Counted from the first letter of the whole stretch, positions 1 through 11,068 are shown. The stretch: 60,472 nt of DNA, filler included, from Diploschistes diacapsis (GCA_023645945.1; 5 parts of 5 records of this genome joined end to end with filler, not necessarily neighbours in it); one strand, 5' to 3'. Program-made: numbers and translations. The notes: generated by a model from the letters alone, not told the origin.

Positions 1-217
1 GACAGTATTGATATTTTAACTTTTTTTATTACGGTATCCGTATCCGTGTTTTTATTATAATATAGTATCCGTGTTAATATTAATATTTTAAATTTCTTAA
101 CTGCGGTGTCCGTGTCCGTGCTTTTACTATAATATAATGTCAGTATCAGTGTCCGTGCCGAGAAAATTTTTGCTGCGGTGTCAGTGTCAGTGTCAGTAGC
201 ACGAAACGGCCAGCCTA
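1..217. mobile_element. Terminus of a degraded DNA transposon (hAT-like) with a 72-bp-period subterminal array
   Basis: AT-rich. Units starting CGGTRTC recur at 32, 104 and 176, built from GTRTCC/GTRTCA hexamers. Ends in ...ACGAAACGGCCAGCCTA (revcomp TAGGCTGGCCGTTTCGT), which resembles hAT-type ends. The other end is outside the window. Confidence 0.5.
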
Positions 218-1320
218 ATTTAAGGTATCCTTATTTTTTTTAACGACGACGACGCAGCGCTCCCGTTTATAGAATTAACGTTAGTAACGAGGCGCGTACG
301 ATAATCGAGTCGAAACAACGCGTCGTAATCGTAGAAGACGAGTTTTATTATAATAAATAAACGACGGAAACGAAAGATTATTCAAACTAAAATAAAAGAA
401 AAGGCGGTAACGATAATAACGATAACGACGACGAGAGATTAAAAAATGACGACGATGAACGCGACGAAAAAGACGGCGGCGATAAGATTTAGAAAAATAT
501 CAATATAAAAATAAAAGAAAAAGAAGAAAAAGTAAGCAAAATAATAAAAAAAGTAGACGAAAAAGAAAAAAAGAAGGATAAAATATAAGACGCGTAGGGC
601 TGATTAGTAGCTAATAATGTCGTAAGAAGGTTATTTAGATAGTTTAATAAGCGATATATTAAGCTTTAAAAAAAAGCTTTAAAATATATAAAAAAAAGAA
701 AGTTTTAATAATGAGAAATGCTATCACGTAATATGAATATAAAATGACTTAAGGAAATGCATATACAAATTTATATGGGACCTAATTTAGCGTGTATGCA
801 GATTAATTGTCAGCCCTACGAGGTTTGTATGGACGGGGTGGGGAGCAGGTGGTGCTCCCGAATCGCCCTGCTAGATTCGGATCACGACGAATAAATTATA
901 TATACGAACCGTAAATAGTAAAGGTAATGATCCAAGATGGCCGGATAAACCGTCAAACACGGTAATAAAAAACGTTTGATTTTAAAATGTTATTATAATC
1001 ATTTATATCTAAATTTTACGTTCTAAGCTTTTTTCGGATCTTTGAAAAGATATTAAAAAGAAAATAATGTGTAGACTGTGCTTAGCACACGGGTCAACCT
1101 TCTATATAGAAAATTTAATTAAGGGTTTTACTTCCGTTTGGTTTCTGCCAGTTTCGCTAGTTTCATTAATTTTATTGGTTATACCGGTTTCGCCACGTTT
1201 TATTAAAGCTTTTGATAAAACAGCGTGAAACACGGGAAACCCGCGAAACCGCAATCCTGCTAGGTAATTTTCTTTTATAAAAATTATTTCGTGATATGTA
1301 GCCTGCAGTATTTCATAAAT
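218..1320. mobile_element. AT-rich, RIP-like degraded repeat nest
   Basis: Very AT-rich compared with the flanking genes. No ORF >=60 aa. Surviving C's are mostly in CpG. Contains the inverted repeat 593-603/810-820 and GTTTC/GAAAC subterminal-like repeats at 1141-1252. Confidence 0.65.
593..820. mobile_element. Putative MITE-like element with 11-bp terminal inverted repeat
   Basis: CGTAGGGCTGA (593-603) is the exact reverse complement of TCAGCCCTACG (810-820). The interior is AT-rich and non-coding. TAGGG fits the hAT terminal consensus YARNG. No target-site duplication is visible. Confidence 0.4.
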
Positions 1321-1432
1321 ATCATATCATATGAAGTCCTTGAACACCTGTGAAACTAGAGAAAATGGTTGGGCTTATAAAGTAGGCACATTTAGTCCCA
1401 ATGGTTTCAAGGTATGGCCTTTAAGGAGAACA

Positions 1433-2818
1433 TTATCTGACAGCCTGCTTCAATCTATTCAAACAGAAGCCATCCGGCCCACCTCCACGCGGGTCGCATG
1501 TACAGCGACACCCGACACCCCCTTTCTCCTCTCTATCCCAGTGACCAAGTCCAAAGGTCTCCGACCCAGGTAGCTGTGCTCCAATCGCATTCGTAGGGCA
1601 TGACTGAAAGGGTTCATGAACGTAGCCAATATCCTCGAAATGATGCAGTTGCTCCGGTTTTAGGAACAAGGCAGCGGCTAAGGAATGAATCGGCGCGTCT
1701 CCCCACTGCACGAATTAGGTAGAACAATCAATGTAGGTGAGAGGAGACCTACCCTTTCGTAATAGAAGCCACCATCTGCGTCAAGAAACTCGAAGAATTC
1801 TCGATACTCTGGTGTCCTAAACCAGTCCATGTCTGCAATCTCGAAATTGCTCCAGAAATGACAGAGATTCCAAGCGTCCCCGTAGGCATCGCGACTCCCG
1901 AGCCAACTCATCAACGGTCTTAGTGGTAAAGGTGCCCATGATGGGTCAATCATGGCTTTCCATAGGCTAGTCGACGGAATACGGCGCTCCCTCTTGTAAT
2001 CTGACACTTTCCGGAACATCGTGGGGACTGTTGTCCCTAGTTCCCACAAAGCCATGGTGTACCCATACTTCTTTCCGGCTCTAGCCATGGCCACAAAGGG
2101 ATCACTAATCTCATCAGTACTTGTGTCAAGAAGGTTCCAATTGCCACCTACTAAGGTATAGCACAAGTGAACTCGACATCGGGCTCTAATCGCCAGTACC
2201 ACTTGTAAGGCTTTAGGGCTTCGTGATCATAAAACTTGCTTTTACAAAATTCAGCGATGTGCCGAAGCACAAACCAATTCCGTCTTACCCAGAATTGAAT
2301 CTACACATGTGGTGATAACTCTCCAATCCTGCGTACATAACGCCTCTTTCTTCCTGTTTCTTCATTCTACGTCTAGCTTCATCTTTATTCATCCAACTGG
2401 GAAAGCCCCACATCCCAGCATCGATGATCTCGAACGTTGCTTTGCCACTGGAAACGCTTGTCAGAGCATCAATGAAAGCCTGGTCCCAGGGCTCATCGTT
2501 GAGAAAGACAATCGGATAATGAAACCAGCGATTGAATTGTCTTTCCAGTGACTTCACAGACTTGACGGCTCCCTCAAGCTCCCTGTTGCGGGCCAGCATT
2601 ATTATAGCAGCATTCTCCCTGGGTGCCTTGACATCGGGTTCTCGACATCCTGAAACAAAAGGCGCATCGAGCGCCTCCGGTGGCCTTGTAACGTCGTAGC
2701 TATTGATGTGTACTAGCGTCTCGACGCAGAGCAGAAAACAGATGGCAGTGATCAGATATTGGTGCCGCAGTACTAAGCTTCGGTGCATAAGCTTCGAAAC
2801 CTTGCGCAAGAACCACAT
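1433..2818 (-). CDS. Glycosyltransferase family 15 (KRE2/MNT1/KTR) alpha-1,2-mannosyltransferase, 4 exons
   Basis: N-terminal membrane anchor, then ENAAIIMLARN, SLERQFNRWFHYP, ESYHHMCRFNSG, spliced KWYWRLEPDVEFTC, NLCHFWSNFEIADMDWFR, GGFYYER|WGDAPIHSLA. Three GT..AG introns restore the frame. Confidence 0.93.
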
Positions 2819-3691
2819 TGAAGAGCGATGCCAGCCCGATCAGGTCGAAAAGTTCTAGCGTTTAAGCGGCGTATGCAAAGTAGAGAAGCGTACTACTCTC
2901 GCCGCAGCATGTTGGACAACGTGCAATGGAAGCCGACCTTCGGAAAACTTCAAGAAATGCTGGACATGGGAAAAGCGGCTATGGGCTTCTACCTCTCACG
3001 AGAATACTGTATTGTTGTAAAATAGGGTACCTTTTGCGTGTTCGATAGCCAGAGTACAGGCTTACGGAACCTCGCAAACCAATCCGAGCGTATAACGCTG
3101 GGCTGATATCGCATTGTCGGAAGCCAGAGGAGATACCGAGGACGTTGGTCCGGCAGACCCTCATCTTGATTCAGCCATTACTTGGCACGTCGGAAACAAT
3201 GCCAGCGCGCGTGAAGCCCTCGGGATGCTACGAGGATATCCAAAACGCATTGCAGCTATGGCTCATACACGACATCTTTCTTAGTATTAGCAGAAACAGT
3301 CTAAGTCTTGCTCATGCGTCGAAAATCTGCAAGTTCATAACAGCTCTTTCGTAACCATATGTTATATGTTAATGCCTTCACAATGAACCAGCCATTACCA
3401 GGCATTCCTACCCTCTCCGCGCGTACCTAAGTGCTCGGCGATGGTTAGAGAGAAAAGCACAAGCGATCAAGGCTCGATCGGGTTGCCCTTCACAGTAGTC
3501 GTTCTATCGCACAGGAGGTCGCAAAGCAATTCGAGTTCCTTGACAAAAGGCAACAATGGTGAGAACCAAGGCAGCTCAATCCCTCAGCTGGTTCGAGGGA
3601 ATCGCTAAGTTCGAGACGGGACAGGCATAATGTCAACATGAATATTTCGTGACCTGCGAAACACTCTACTGAAAGGATCTCATAGTTGATA

Positions 3692-6600
3692 ATGACTTCG
3701 AGTCGCCAAAGGTCCTCATCTGCTCGTTCCAATAATTCGAATCTTGATGCGAGACAAACATCGACGCCGTCCCCTTCTATATATACGAATACACCAAACT
3801 TTGCAGACAATGATGGCCCATATTCAGCGATCTCTAGACTCGTTCCTAACCAAACGAGGTCGAGAGCTGGGACTGGTGCAGACTTGAACAGTATGGGATA
3901 TAGGGTGGGCGGCCGAACGATGGCGTCCCAAGGAAGCATGTCACTTCAGCAAGGCCGGCTTGCCTCCGCCAGTACTTCGACGGATGCTAGAAACCAGTAC
4001 CTCCCAGGTCCGCCACCGGTTGCCCCGCCGCCGCCGCCGCAGCCAGCAGGCATGATGTCATTACCTCCTCCCCCTCCTCGACCTCCGCCTTCACAACAGA
4101 GCCACGGTCTGATTCCACCGCCTCCACCTGGCCCATATCCTGGCCCACCGCAAAACAATAGCAGTCTTTCAACCAGCTGGATGGGACAGGGCTGGAATCG
4201 CGTTGGCATCCCTCCGCCACCTCCGCCTCCAGTTCCAACGAACCACCCGAGCACAGTTCACTACAATACGGCTTCTGTTGGCTCGCAGCTGCAACCTCCG
4301 CCTTACCCGGCGTCCCGCTACGAGAATCTTCAAAGCGAGCAGCCACTGACTTCGGCTACATACATTCCTGGCGGTGACTCGTTTGGTCCAGGCGTAGGGA
4401 TTCCTGGATTGCATTCCAGTCAGATTTCGGGGTTTAGTAGCAGTGACTATGAAATTGGGCCAGAAACTTCTTCCAGTGGCAACGTCTCCGGTAACCTCGA
4501 CCTCAGATCGCTTGATCCAGCAGACGTAGAGCTTCCTGCGTTTGAGGGGACGCCCACAAATGGACAGCGGCAACCGCAACTTTACATTAGGAGCCCCGAG
4601 TCTAGAGACTGGCAATCTGCCGGCCCTCTGACTGCAACCAAGCAGCACGCCACTGCCTATGAGGTCGAGCTAGCCGCGACGCAGAGATCCGGTGCCAGCT
4701 CTTTGCTTTCCGGCCAGAGTATTGTTCGCAACGTCGAGAGTTCTTGGAGCGCTGAACGAGTGCAGAACTGGCTTTCTCAGAACGGATTTTCGAATGACTG
4801 GCAACAGACTTTCAAAATGCTGGGCGTTCAGGGAGCCACTTTTTTGGACCTAGGTCAAGCCAACAACGGCCGCGGGAACCTTGAGATGATGCACAACACC
4901 GTCTATCCTGCACTCAGAGTGCAGTGTGAAGAAAGCGGCACTGGCTGGGACCAGCCACGGGAACGAGACGAGGGCAAGCGACTAAGAAGGCTAGTCAGAA
5001 GGATTGCTGAAGGTAACACACATAACGAACTAAGACTAGGCCATACTCGCAATTCTTCTGTTCAATTGATGTCTGGCGCGGGATCCGAAGTGGTTCTGGA
5101 AGGCTCCCCCAATCTTGATACCCCTAATAGCACTGGCGCAGGCGAAGAAAGCCCCATCCTCTCTACCAATTTCCGATATCCTACTTCGGCTACAAGCACC
5201 CGATCTATGGCTAGCTTCAGAGCTAATGTATACGGAAACACCAAGGCTGCGTTTAGCGAGTCAAACGTGGCTGAACATAGTCATACTTCCGTGCGCCAAG
5301 GCGTGACGCGAGAGATATTGCGAGACGTGAACGGTCCCTCTCTGCGGCGTCATAGCCCAAGCAGCTCGGCTGAAGTGAACCGCGAAGGACCCATTCGAGT
5401 GTCCCGGGACAACAATTCGCAAAGTAATAGTCCTGCAGCACAGTCGGCTACCATTTTCTCCGCTGCTGGGAATGCCTCGTCAAGCTCCCTTAGCCGCTAC
5501 GAGCACCAAAAAACCAACAGCGCGGATTCCCAGGGCTCCAGCGGCCCAGGGGCAACAGCGCCACGAAGCATGTGGTATGACAGAAAAAGAGGGGAAGATG
5601 GTTCTCGTCCGCCCCCTTTGGAGGTCACCAGTAAATGCAGTGGCGAGACGCCGCATAGTGCAAGAGAGCATGGGAAAGGCTTCCTTAACAAGTTCCGGAA
5701 GCGCAGGAAGGATGAGTCCTCCCAGATGCTAGTGGACGATCAGAATCCAGATTCACCCACAAGTCCAATATCACACCGTCATGTTGCAGCCAGCCCACCT
5801 TTTACTCGGCTAAGCTTCGAAAATAGCGATACTTCTCTGGATAGACCGCCATCAGTGTCAATAAACCTCGAGGACAAATCTCGAGATCAAAAGAATCGCA
5901 GAATAAGTACAGAGAGAAAATACATCTTTGCTACTCCAGACCGATACAACTATCGTCTTATCGATGTAACATTCATTGAAGACGCTAGCGCGTTACGGGA
6001 ATGTATCTGCCATTTTCTTAACATTCTTGACGGCGAGAATGCTCGGTTTTTTCTTACCGAAGCCGGACAAGCAGATCATGACGAAGCACTCACCGATACT
6101 ATGCTCCATTATTACAGACGTACCAAAGCCGACAGCAAAGGTTCCTTGAAGTTTCTTGTTCGTGCTGGATCACTGCCTCCTTCTGCAGCATCTGCTTCCT
6201 TGTCATCTTCTTTCGGTCTTGGACTGTACGATGTAAATAGTCAGAATCTACCTTCTCCAACCTTCAGGAGAATCCATGATGAAGTGTCATTGCCGAAGAA
6301 TGCGCCCAAGACTTCGTCCAGTGCATCAAGCCCAAAGGTGCCACCAGACAGCCCTCCGCCAAATACGCATAAGGATCGGTCGAGAACGACAGAAGGTACT
6401 TCGACTTCCGAAGGCTTGGCCCCGCTAGGGAAAGATGAACCTCTCCAGTTGGAAATTGAAGATTACCGAAAGGAAGTGGAAAAGAAACAAAAGGCCTACT
6501 TAGAATCTCGTCACACCAAGTCTCGAAGAAGGTCACCTATTGAACATACACTTTCCGGCATTAGACGTGATAAAGTTATTGATTTTGACATACCAAGGAC

Positions 6601-9133
6601 CTCGCCCTACGAAGATAAGAAACAGGAATTGCTCGTTCCGTTAAGAAAGCCGCCACCAGCACCTGCTGAATCAAGCACACTCATCAAAGCTAATTCACTC
6701 AGCAGAAAGGCAGGAGAGAAGCTAAGAGCAGACTCAATCATGAAAAGACGCTCCGCCGGCGAGACAAGTCTCGATGAGATTGATGAGAGGGGCCGGAGAA
6801 GGGCTGTGGCTCCCAGTCCGTCTGTCAGTGCCGACATCAGCTTACAGCTGATTGGTTCAGGACCTCTGCGAGACCATTTCTCTCGGTCTCACACATTGAT
6901 GAGTATGGATCGCAAAGAGAATTCTGGTAGAGAAGGTGAGACTAACAGTGTCAATTCCCGACCACAGCGCGCATTAAAGTCGATTGATTTTGGGGGCAAG
7001 GACGATTCGCGCAACAGCAGTCCCACAGGCTCACCAAGAAGTCCTGGCTTCACTCATGGAAAGAATAACATGGTCTTCAAGATTCCAGAGTATGAAGATG
7101 CAACTCTTGACGGTTCCGTCGCTTGCCAGCCATCCCAACTACCTCTGGCTCGGCCCGCGCATCCATCCATTGAGCAGCTTAGGCGGCCTTCTCCCCAGGT
7201 CAGCCCAAGCACTGCAAATCCACCTCAGCGTCAAGCGTCTGTCATATCGCGACGATCTTATGGCCCGGCGTATACTTTTGATGAGACCGAAGTAAAATTC
7301 AATGGGACAACGAAGCAACCCGAGTTGGATGCAGATTCAGACTCGGATGATGGTTTGTTCGCAAAACCTATCCCAGCGAAAGTCGAGGAAAAGCCTAGCA
7401 CGGCGGGTAGCGGCTTAGCAGAAAACCCCCCTTTGGACCTCGACACAAGGGGCCAGAAAGTCCGGTCTGTTACTTTCGCCGCAACGCCTGAAACGGCAAT
7501 AGTAGAGCCGGTGAGCGCATCTGACCTAGAGATAAATGGTTACACCGCCAATGGGCCCGAGTCAGCAACCCAGGCTCTATCTCCAGATTCTTCGAAGCTT
7601 GGCCGCCGCAAGTCGCTCTTGATGCGTGACGATGTTTGGGCGAATCGACCACCCATGGAAGCTCTGATTAACGATCTTGACATCTATTTTCCTAACATTG
7701 ATTTGGATCAGCCTGTGCTCGAGGAGCCTGCGGAGTCGCCACCAGCCTCTCCTTCTGGCATGCTACCGGAATTCAAGGATGAAACATCTTATTTAGCACG
7801 AAAGATCAGTCGATCTGAAGAACGTTCTTTGAATTATCCTGCTTTTTCCTCCGATCGAGCGCTATCTTATATTGCGCGTCCACTTTCAATTGCCACACAA
7901 GCTATCGAGGAGGAACCTTCGGAATCTGACACGTTAGGCTCGGATGAATCGACACTCAGGAGCTTGTCAAACACTCGGTCAATTGCGCAACAATATGTCC
8001 GTAGATCGGGTGGTTTGGGTCGGATGAAATCCATTCGCGAAGTCGCCAAAGGTGCCAATCAAGGGATTCGTCGTCAAACCACAAAGTCGCTGGTTATGAA
8101 AAGCAGTGGAGATCTTTCACGACGGAAAAGTACGAAAATGTTTGGCGCAAACATTGTGCAAATCAATCCAGGCAGAGGCAGTCGGATGAGTTTGATCGAA
8201 GCAGTCTCAAGAGAGCCACTGTCTAAGCGTAGTAATACATACCGAGTCATTCGGGGTCAACTCATCGGTAAAGGAACGTACGGCCGCGTTTACGTTGGTA
8301 TCAATGCTACAACGGGAGAGGTTTTGGCCATCAAGCAAGTGGAGGTTAATCCGAAGGCGGCAGGCCAGGACAAAGAGAAAATCAAGGACATGGTGGCCTC
8401 TTTGGACAGAGAAATTGATACCATGCAGCATCTCGAGCACCCTAACATTGTGCAATACCTTGGATGTGAGCGAAAGGAGTTTTCTATTTCAATTTTCTTA
8501 GAATACATCTCTGGTGGTAGTGTCGGGTCATGTCTTCGCAAGCATGGCAAATTTGAAGAACGTGTCGTTAGCAGCCTTACCCGGCAGGTCCTCGCAGGCT
8601 TATCTTACCTTCACGGACAGGGCATATTGCATAGAGACCTGAAAGCAGACAACATTCTTCTTGATGCAGATGGAACGTGCAAGATCTCCGATTTTGGAAT
8701 TTCGAAGCGGAGTAACGACATTTACGGCAATGACGCGACGAATTCTATGCAAGGGTCAGTCTTTTGGATGGCGCCAGAAGTGATTCGATCCCAAGGTCAA
8801 GGTTACAGCGCCAAAGTTGATATTTGGTCTTTAGGCTGCGTGGTTTTGGAGATGTTTGCGGGTAGGCGCCCATGGAGTAAGGAAGAAACCATCGGGGCAA
8901 TTTACAAGCTTGGCTCGCTCAACCAGGCACCCCCTATTCCGGACGACGTCAGCAGTAGCATCTCCGCAGAGGCTGTGGGATTCATGTGGGACTGCTTCAC
9001 AGTAGATCCGGGCGAGCGTCCAACTGCTGACACCCTTTTCGAACATCATGCCTTTTGCAAGGTCGATCCTTATTATAACTTCTTGGACACAGAGTTGCAC
9101 GCCAAGATTAGGGAGATCAAAGAGTTCAGGTAG
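3692..9133 (+). CDS. BCK1: Cell-wall-integrity MAP kinase kinase kinase (Bck1/BckA/Mkh1 type)
   Basis: Single ORF of about 1810 aa. Pro-rich N-terminus, SAM-like segment (WSAERVQNWL..GFSNDWQQTF), WANRPPMEALINDLDIYFPNIDLD, and a C-terminal STE11-family kinase (GKGTYGRV, LAIKQVEV, HRDLKADN, DFG, NSMQGSVFWMAPE, GYSAKVDIWSLG). First ATG at 3692; the exact start is uncertain. Confidence 0.93.
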   Translation: MTSSRQRSSSARSNNSNLDARQTSTPSPSIYTNTPNFADNDGPYSAISRLVPNQTRSRAGTGADLNSMGYRVGGRTMASQGSMSLQQGRLASASTSTDARNQYLPGPPPVAPPPPPQPAGMMSLPPPPPRPPPSQQSHGLIPPPPPGPYPGPPQNNSSLSTSWMGQGWNRVGIPPPPPPPVPTNHPSTVHYNTASVGSQLQPPPYPASRYENLQSEQPLTSATYIPGGDSFGPGVGIPGLHSSQISGFSSSDYEIGPETSSSGNVSGNLDLRSLDPADVELPAFEGTPTNGQRQPQLYIRSPESRDWQSAGPLTATKQHATAYEVELAATQRSGASSLLSGQSIVRNVESSWSAERVQNWLSQNGFSNDWQQTFKMLGVQGATFLDLGQANNGRGNLEMMHNTVYPALRVQCEESGTGWDQPRERDEGKRLRRLVRRIAEGNTHNELRLGHTRNSSVQLMSGAGSEVVLEGSPNLDTPNSTGAGEESPILSTNFRYPTSATSTRSMASFRANVYGNTKAAFSESNVAEHSHTSVRQGVTREILRDVNGPSLRRHSPSSSAEVNREGPIRVSRDNNSQSNSPAAQSATIFSAAGNASSSSLSRYEHQKTNSADSQGSSGPGATAPRSMWYDRKRGEDGSRPPPLEVTSKCSGETPHSAREHGKGFLNKFRKRRKDESSQMLVDDQNPDSPTSPISHRHVAASPPFTRLSFENSDTSLDRPPSVSINLEDKSRDQKNRRISTERKYIFATPDRYNYRLIDVTFIEDASALRECICHFLNILDGENARFFLTEAGQADHDEALTDTMLHYYRRTKADSKGSLKFLVRAGSLPPSAASASLSSSFGLGLYDVNSQNLPSPTFRRIHDEVSLPKNAPKTSSSASSPKVPPDSPPPNTHKDRSRTTEGTSTSEGLAPLGKDEPLQLEIEDYRKEVEKKQKAYLESRHTKSRRRSPIEHTLSGIRRDKVIDFDIPRTSPYEDKKQELLVPLRKPPPAPAESSTLIKANSLSRKAGEKLRADSIMKRRSAGETSLDEIDERGRRRAVAPSPSVSADISLQLIGSGPLRDHFSRSHTLMSMDRKENSGREGETNSVNSRPQRALKSIDFGGKDDSRNSSPTGSPRSPGFTHGKNNMVFKIPEYEDATLDGSVACQPSQLPLARPAHPSIEQLRRPSPQVSPSTANPPQRQASVISRRSYGPAYTFDETEVKFNGTTKQPELDADSDSDDGLFAKPIPAKVEEKPSTAGSGLAENPPLDLDTRGQKVRSVTFAATPETAIVEPVSASDLEINGYTANGPESATQALSPDSSKLGRRKSLLMRDDVWANRPPMEALINDLDIYFPNIDLDQPVLEEPAESPPASPSGMLPEFKDETSYLARKISRSEERSLNYPAFSSDRALSYIARPLSIATQAIEEEPSESDTLGSDESTLRSLSNTRSIAQQYVRRSGGLGRMKSIREVAKGANQGIRRQTTKSLVMKSSGDLSRRKSTKMFGANIVQINPGRGSRMSLIEAVSREPLSKRSNTYRVIRGQLIGKGTYGRVYVGINATTGEVLAIKQVEVNPKAAGQDKEKIKDMVASLDREIDTMQHLEHPNIVQYLGCERKEFSISIFLEYISGGSVGSCLRKHGKFEERVVSSLTRQVLAGLSYLHGQGILHRDLKADNILLDADGTCKISDFGISKRSNDIYGNDATNSMQGSVFWMAPEVIRSQGQGYSAKVDIWSLGCVVLEMFAGRRPWSKEETIGAIYKLGSLNQAPPIPDDVSSSISAEAVGFMWDCFTVDPGERPTADTLFEHHAFCKVDPYYNFLDTELHAKIREIKEFR

Positions 9134-9770
9134 GAAAGCGACAGCTGAAGAACCCGGATGCACTACCCTGGGCTGGGGGCATCAGGGGGCTATGGTGGAT
9201 TTAGAGCACTTGCTGTACCATCTTGCCGGACATCGTGCTTTGCTATAATGTTTGGACGATATCTGATGTCGATTAAGTGGGTAGCCATGCAGTCACCGCG
9301 GGGCATGGGTTAATCCTTCGATAGAAGCCCCTTGCACCGTAAACATCCAAAGATTAGATCAATATAAAATATATCCTTTCAGTACCTACCATCACAGTCG
9401 TATATTATACATACAAAGTCCACAAAATAGGATGGTCCCAAAGAAGATTTCTGTCCGGTGGCCCTCCTGCCCGAGGTCTGGGTGATATAAACTGCTCCGT
9501 AATCAAGTTTTTCGGAGGGAGTCTGTCTGTATATGTCATCTTAACAAACACGAAGCAAGTTTCTGAGCATCAGCAGTGCCGGCATGAAATCACGCTTTTT
9601 TCAGTAGTTATCTTTCCTCGCCACGGCCCATACTAGGGGTGAGTGAGTATAAATTAGTGAAAGCAGCGTCAGCCCCAGTGGTCCGTTCAGTTTGAATCGC
9701 CCATTTTGTGTATCTATCGGATCGTGGCGAAATAATCACTGCGATTGTCTATTCAAAGAAGATCAGAGAT

Positions 9771-11068
9771 ATGGTTGAGAAGCGCAAGGCAAGCACTGAA
9801 ACTCAAGCAAAGGGCCCAAAGAGTGCAAAAAAATCAAAGGTACTTAATCTACACTCGTCATCCGAATCCCTCGATGCTCAAACTGCGTGTGCGGAAAGCC
9901 GGGGCAGACTACCTGTAAGGCACACAGATCATCTTCCGCTAGGTTTCAGGACGTCGCTCTCGGATGCAAAGGCATATGGGCAACCTGCGATAGAGGACGA
10001 GAGAAGCGAGCAAATGCCGAGCTCTTGGATCTTTTGAATGAGGTATGCGACTTCCTAATACTGCTTGACATTTTACACGAATATATACGAAGTTATTCTG
10101 AGAATTGATCGGGCAGTATGCCAGCAGGCTCTATGGTACTGACACCACGCCTCGGCCTCGTTCCAGGCACGGTGAAGAGCTTTCAAACCAAGATGTGGAG
10201 GCTGAAATCGGTACTGAGATCCAGCATCTGAAGAACACGAGAGGCGATGCTTTCGTCCAGTCGACTATGGTCGATCTACAATGTGGTCTGCACATAAACA
10301 GGAGGTCCTGTCAACGGCTGATGTTGTGCAGTTTTATTTGCAAAAACGGTCGCTCCCATTGAGCCAACCGAGCTCGTACGTACGATATGTGAAGATGCTC
10401 AGCGCGGAACCCTAGCTTGCAGGACTCGCTACCTCAAGAGACTAACGCCAGCAACAATGATCGGAAAGGCCACAGAAAAGGGGATCGAGGAGGTTTCGGA
10501 AGCCGTAGTACAGCCGGTATTTGGCTCTCAGGATACCTCGGTCAGGCAGGTGCGTAATATAGGTACAGTGTGAACAGCCTATCGATTCCGCCATCGTATC
10601 TGACCCACAAAATCTTCGCTGATTGTTTGACAGTTCGCAATTCGAATCACCATACGGAACCATTCGACTCTTGAAAGAGAGGGTGTTATCGCGAAGGTTG
10701 CTCAAGTCGTTGGGCCGCGTCATTCAGTCAATCTGGACAGCCCAGACACTGTCATCATGATAGAGATTTTCAAGGTAAGCACTGACGAGCGTACGCTTTC
10801 ATCCGAACTACGTGGAATGCTGCTGGTGATTGCAGGCCTCTGCTATTTTGCCACTTGAGCTCTGCAGTGTCTAGTTGAGGTTACGAACTCAAGAGGGAGA
10901 AGCAAACAGAGCGGAGCGGGTACAACAAAGCTGACGTCTCTACAGAACGTGTGTGCAATGGCTGTTGTAGGTGGTGATTATGGGAAGCTAAAGAAATACA
11001 ACCTAGCAGAGCTCACGCGCGTAGCAAACGGTGTGGGAGGAGTTTCGAAGGACCAACAGTCGACATAA
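9771..11068 (+). CDS. TAN1: THUMP-domain tRNA acetylation adaptor (Tan1/THUMPD1-like), multi-exon
   Basis: Spliced pieces GIWATCDRGREKR..AELLDLLNE, DVEAEIGTEIQHLK, RTRYLKRLTP, FAIRITIRNHSTLEREGVI, HSVNLDSPDTVIMIEIFK|NVCAMAVV..DYGKLKKYNLAEL. Stop TAA at 11066-11068. Confidence 0.8.

Noticed and set aside
3946..4648. Gly-rich minus-strand ORFs
   Set aside because: Antisense shadows of the Pro-rich N-terminus of Bck1.
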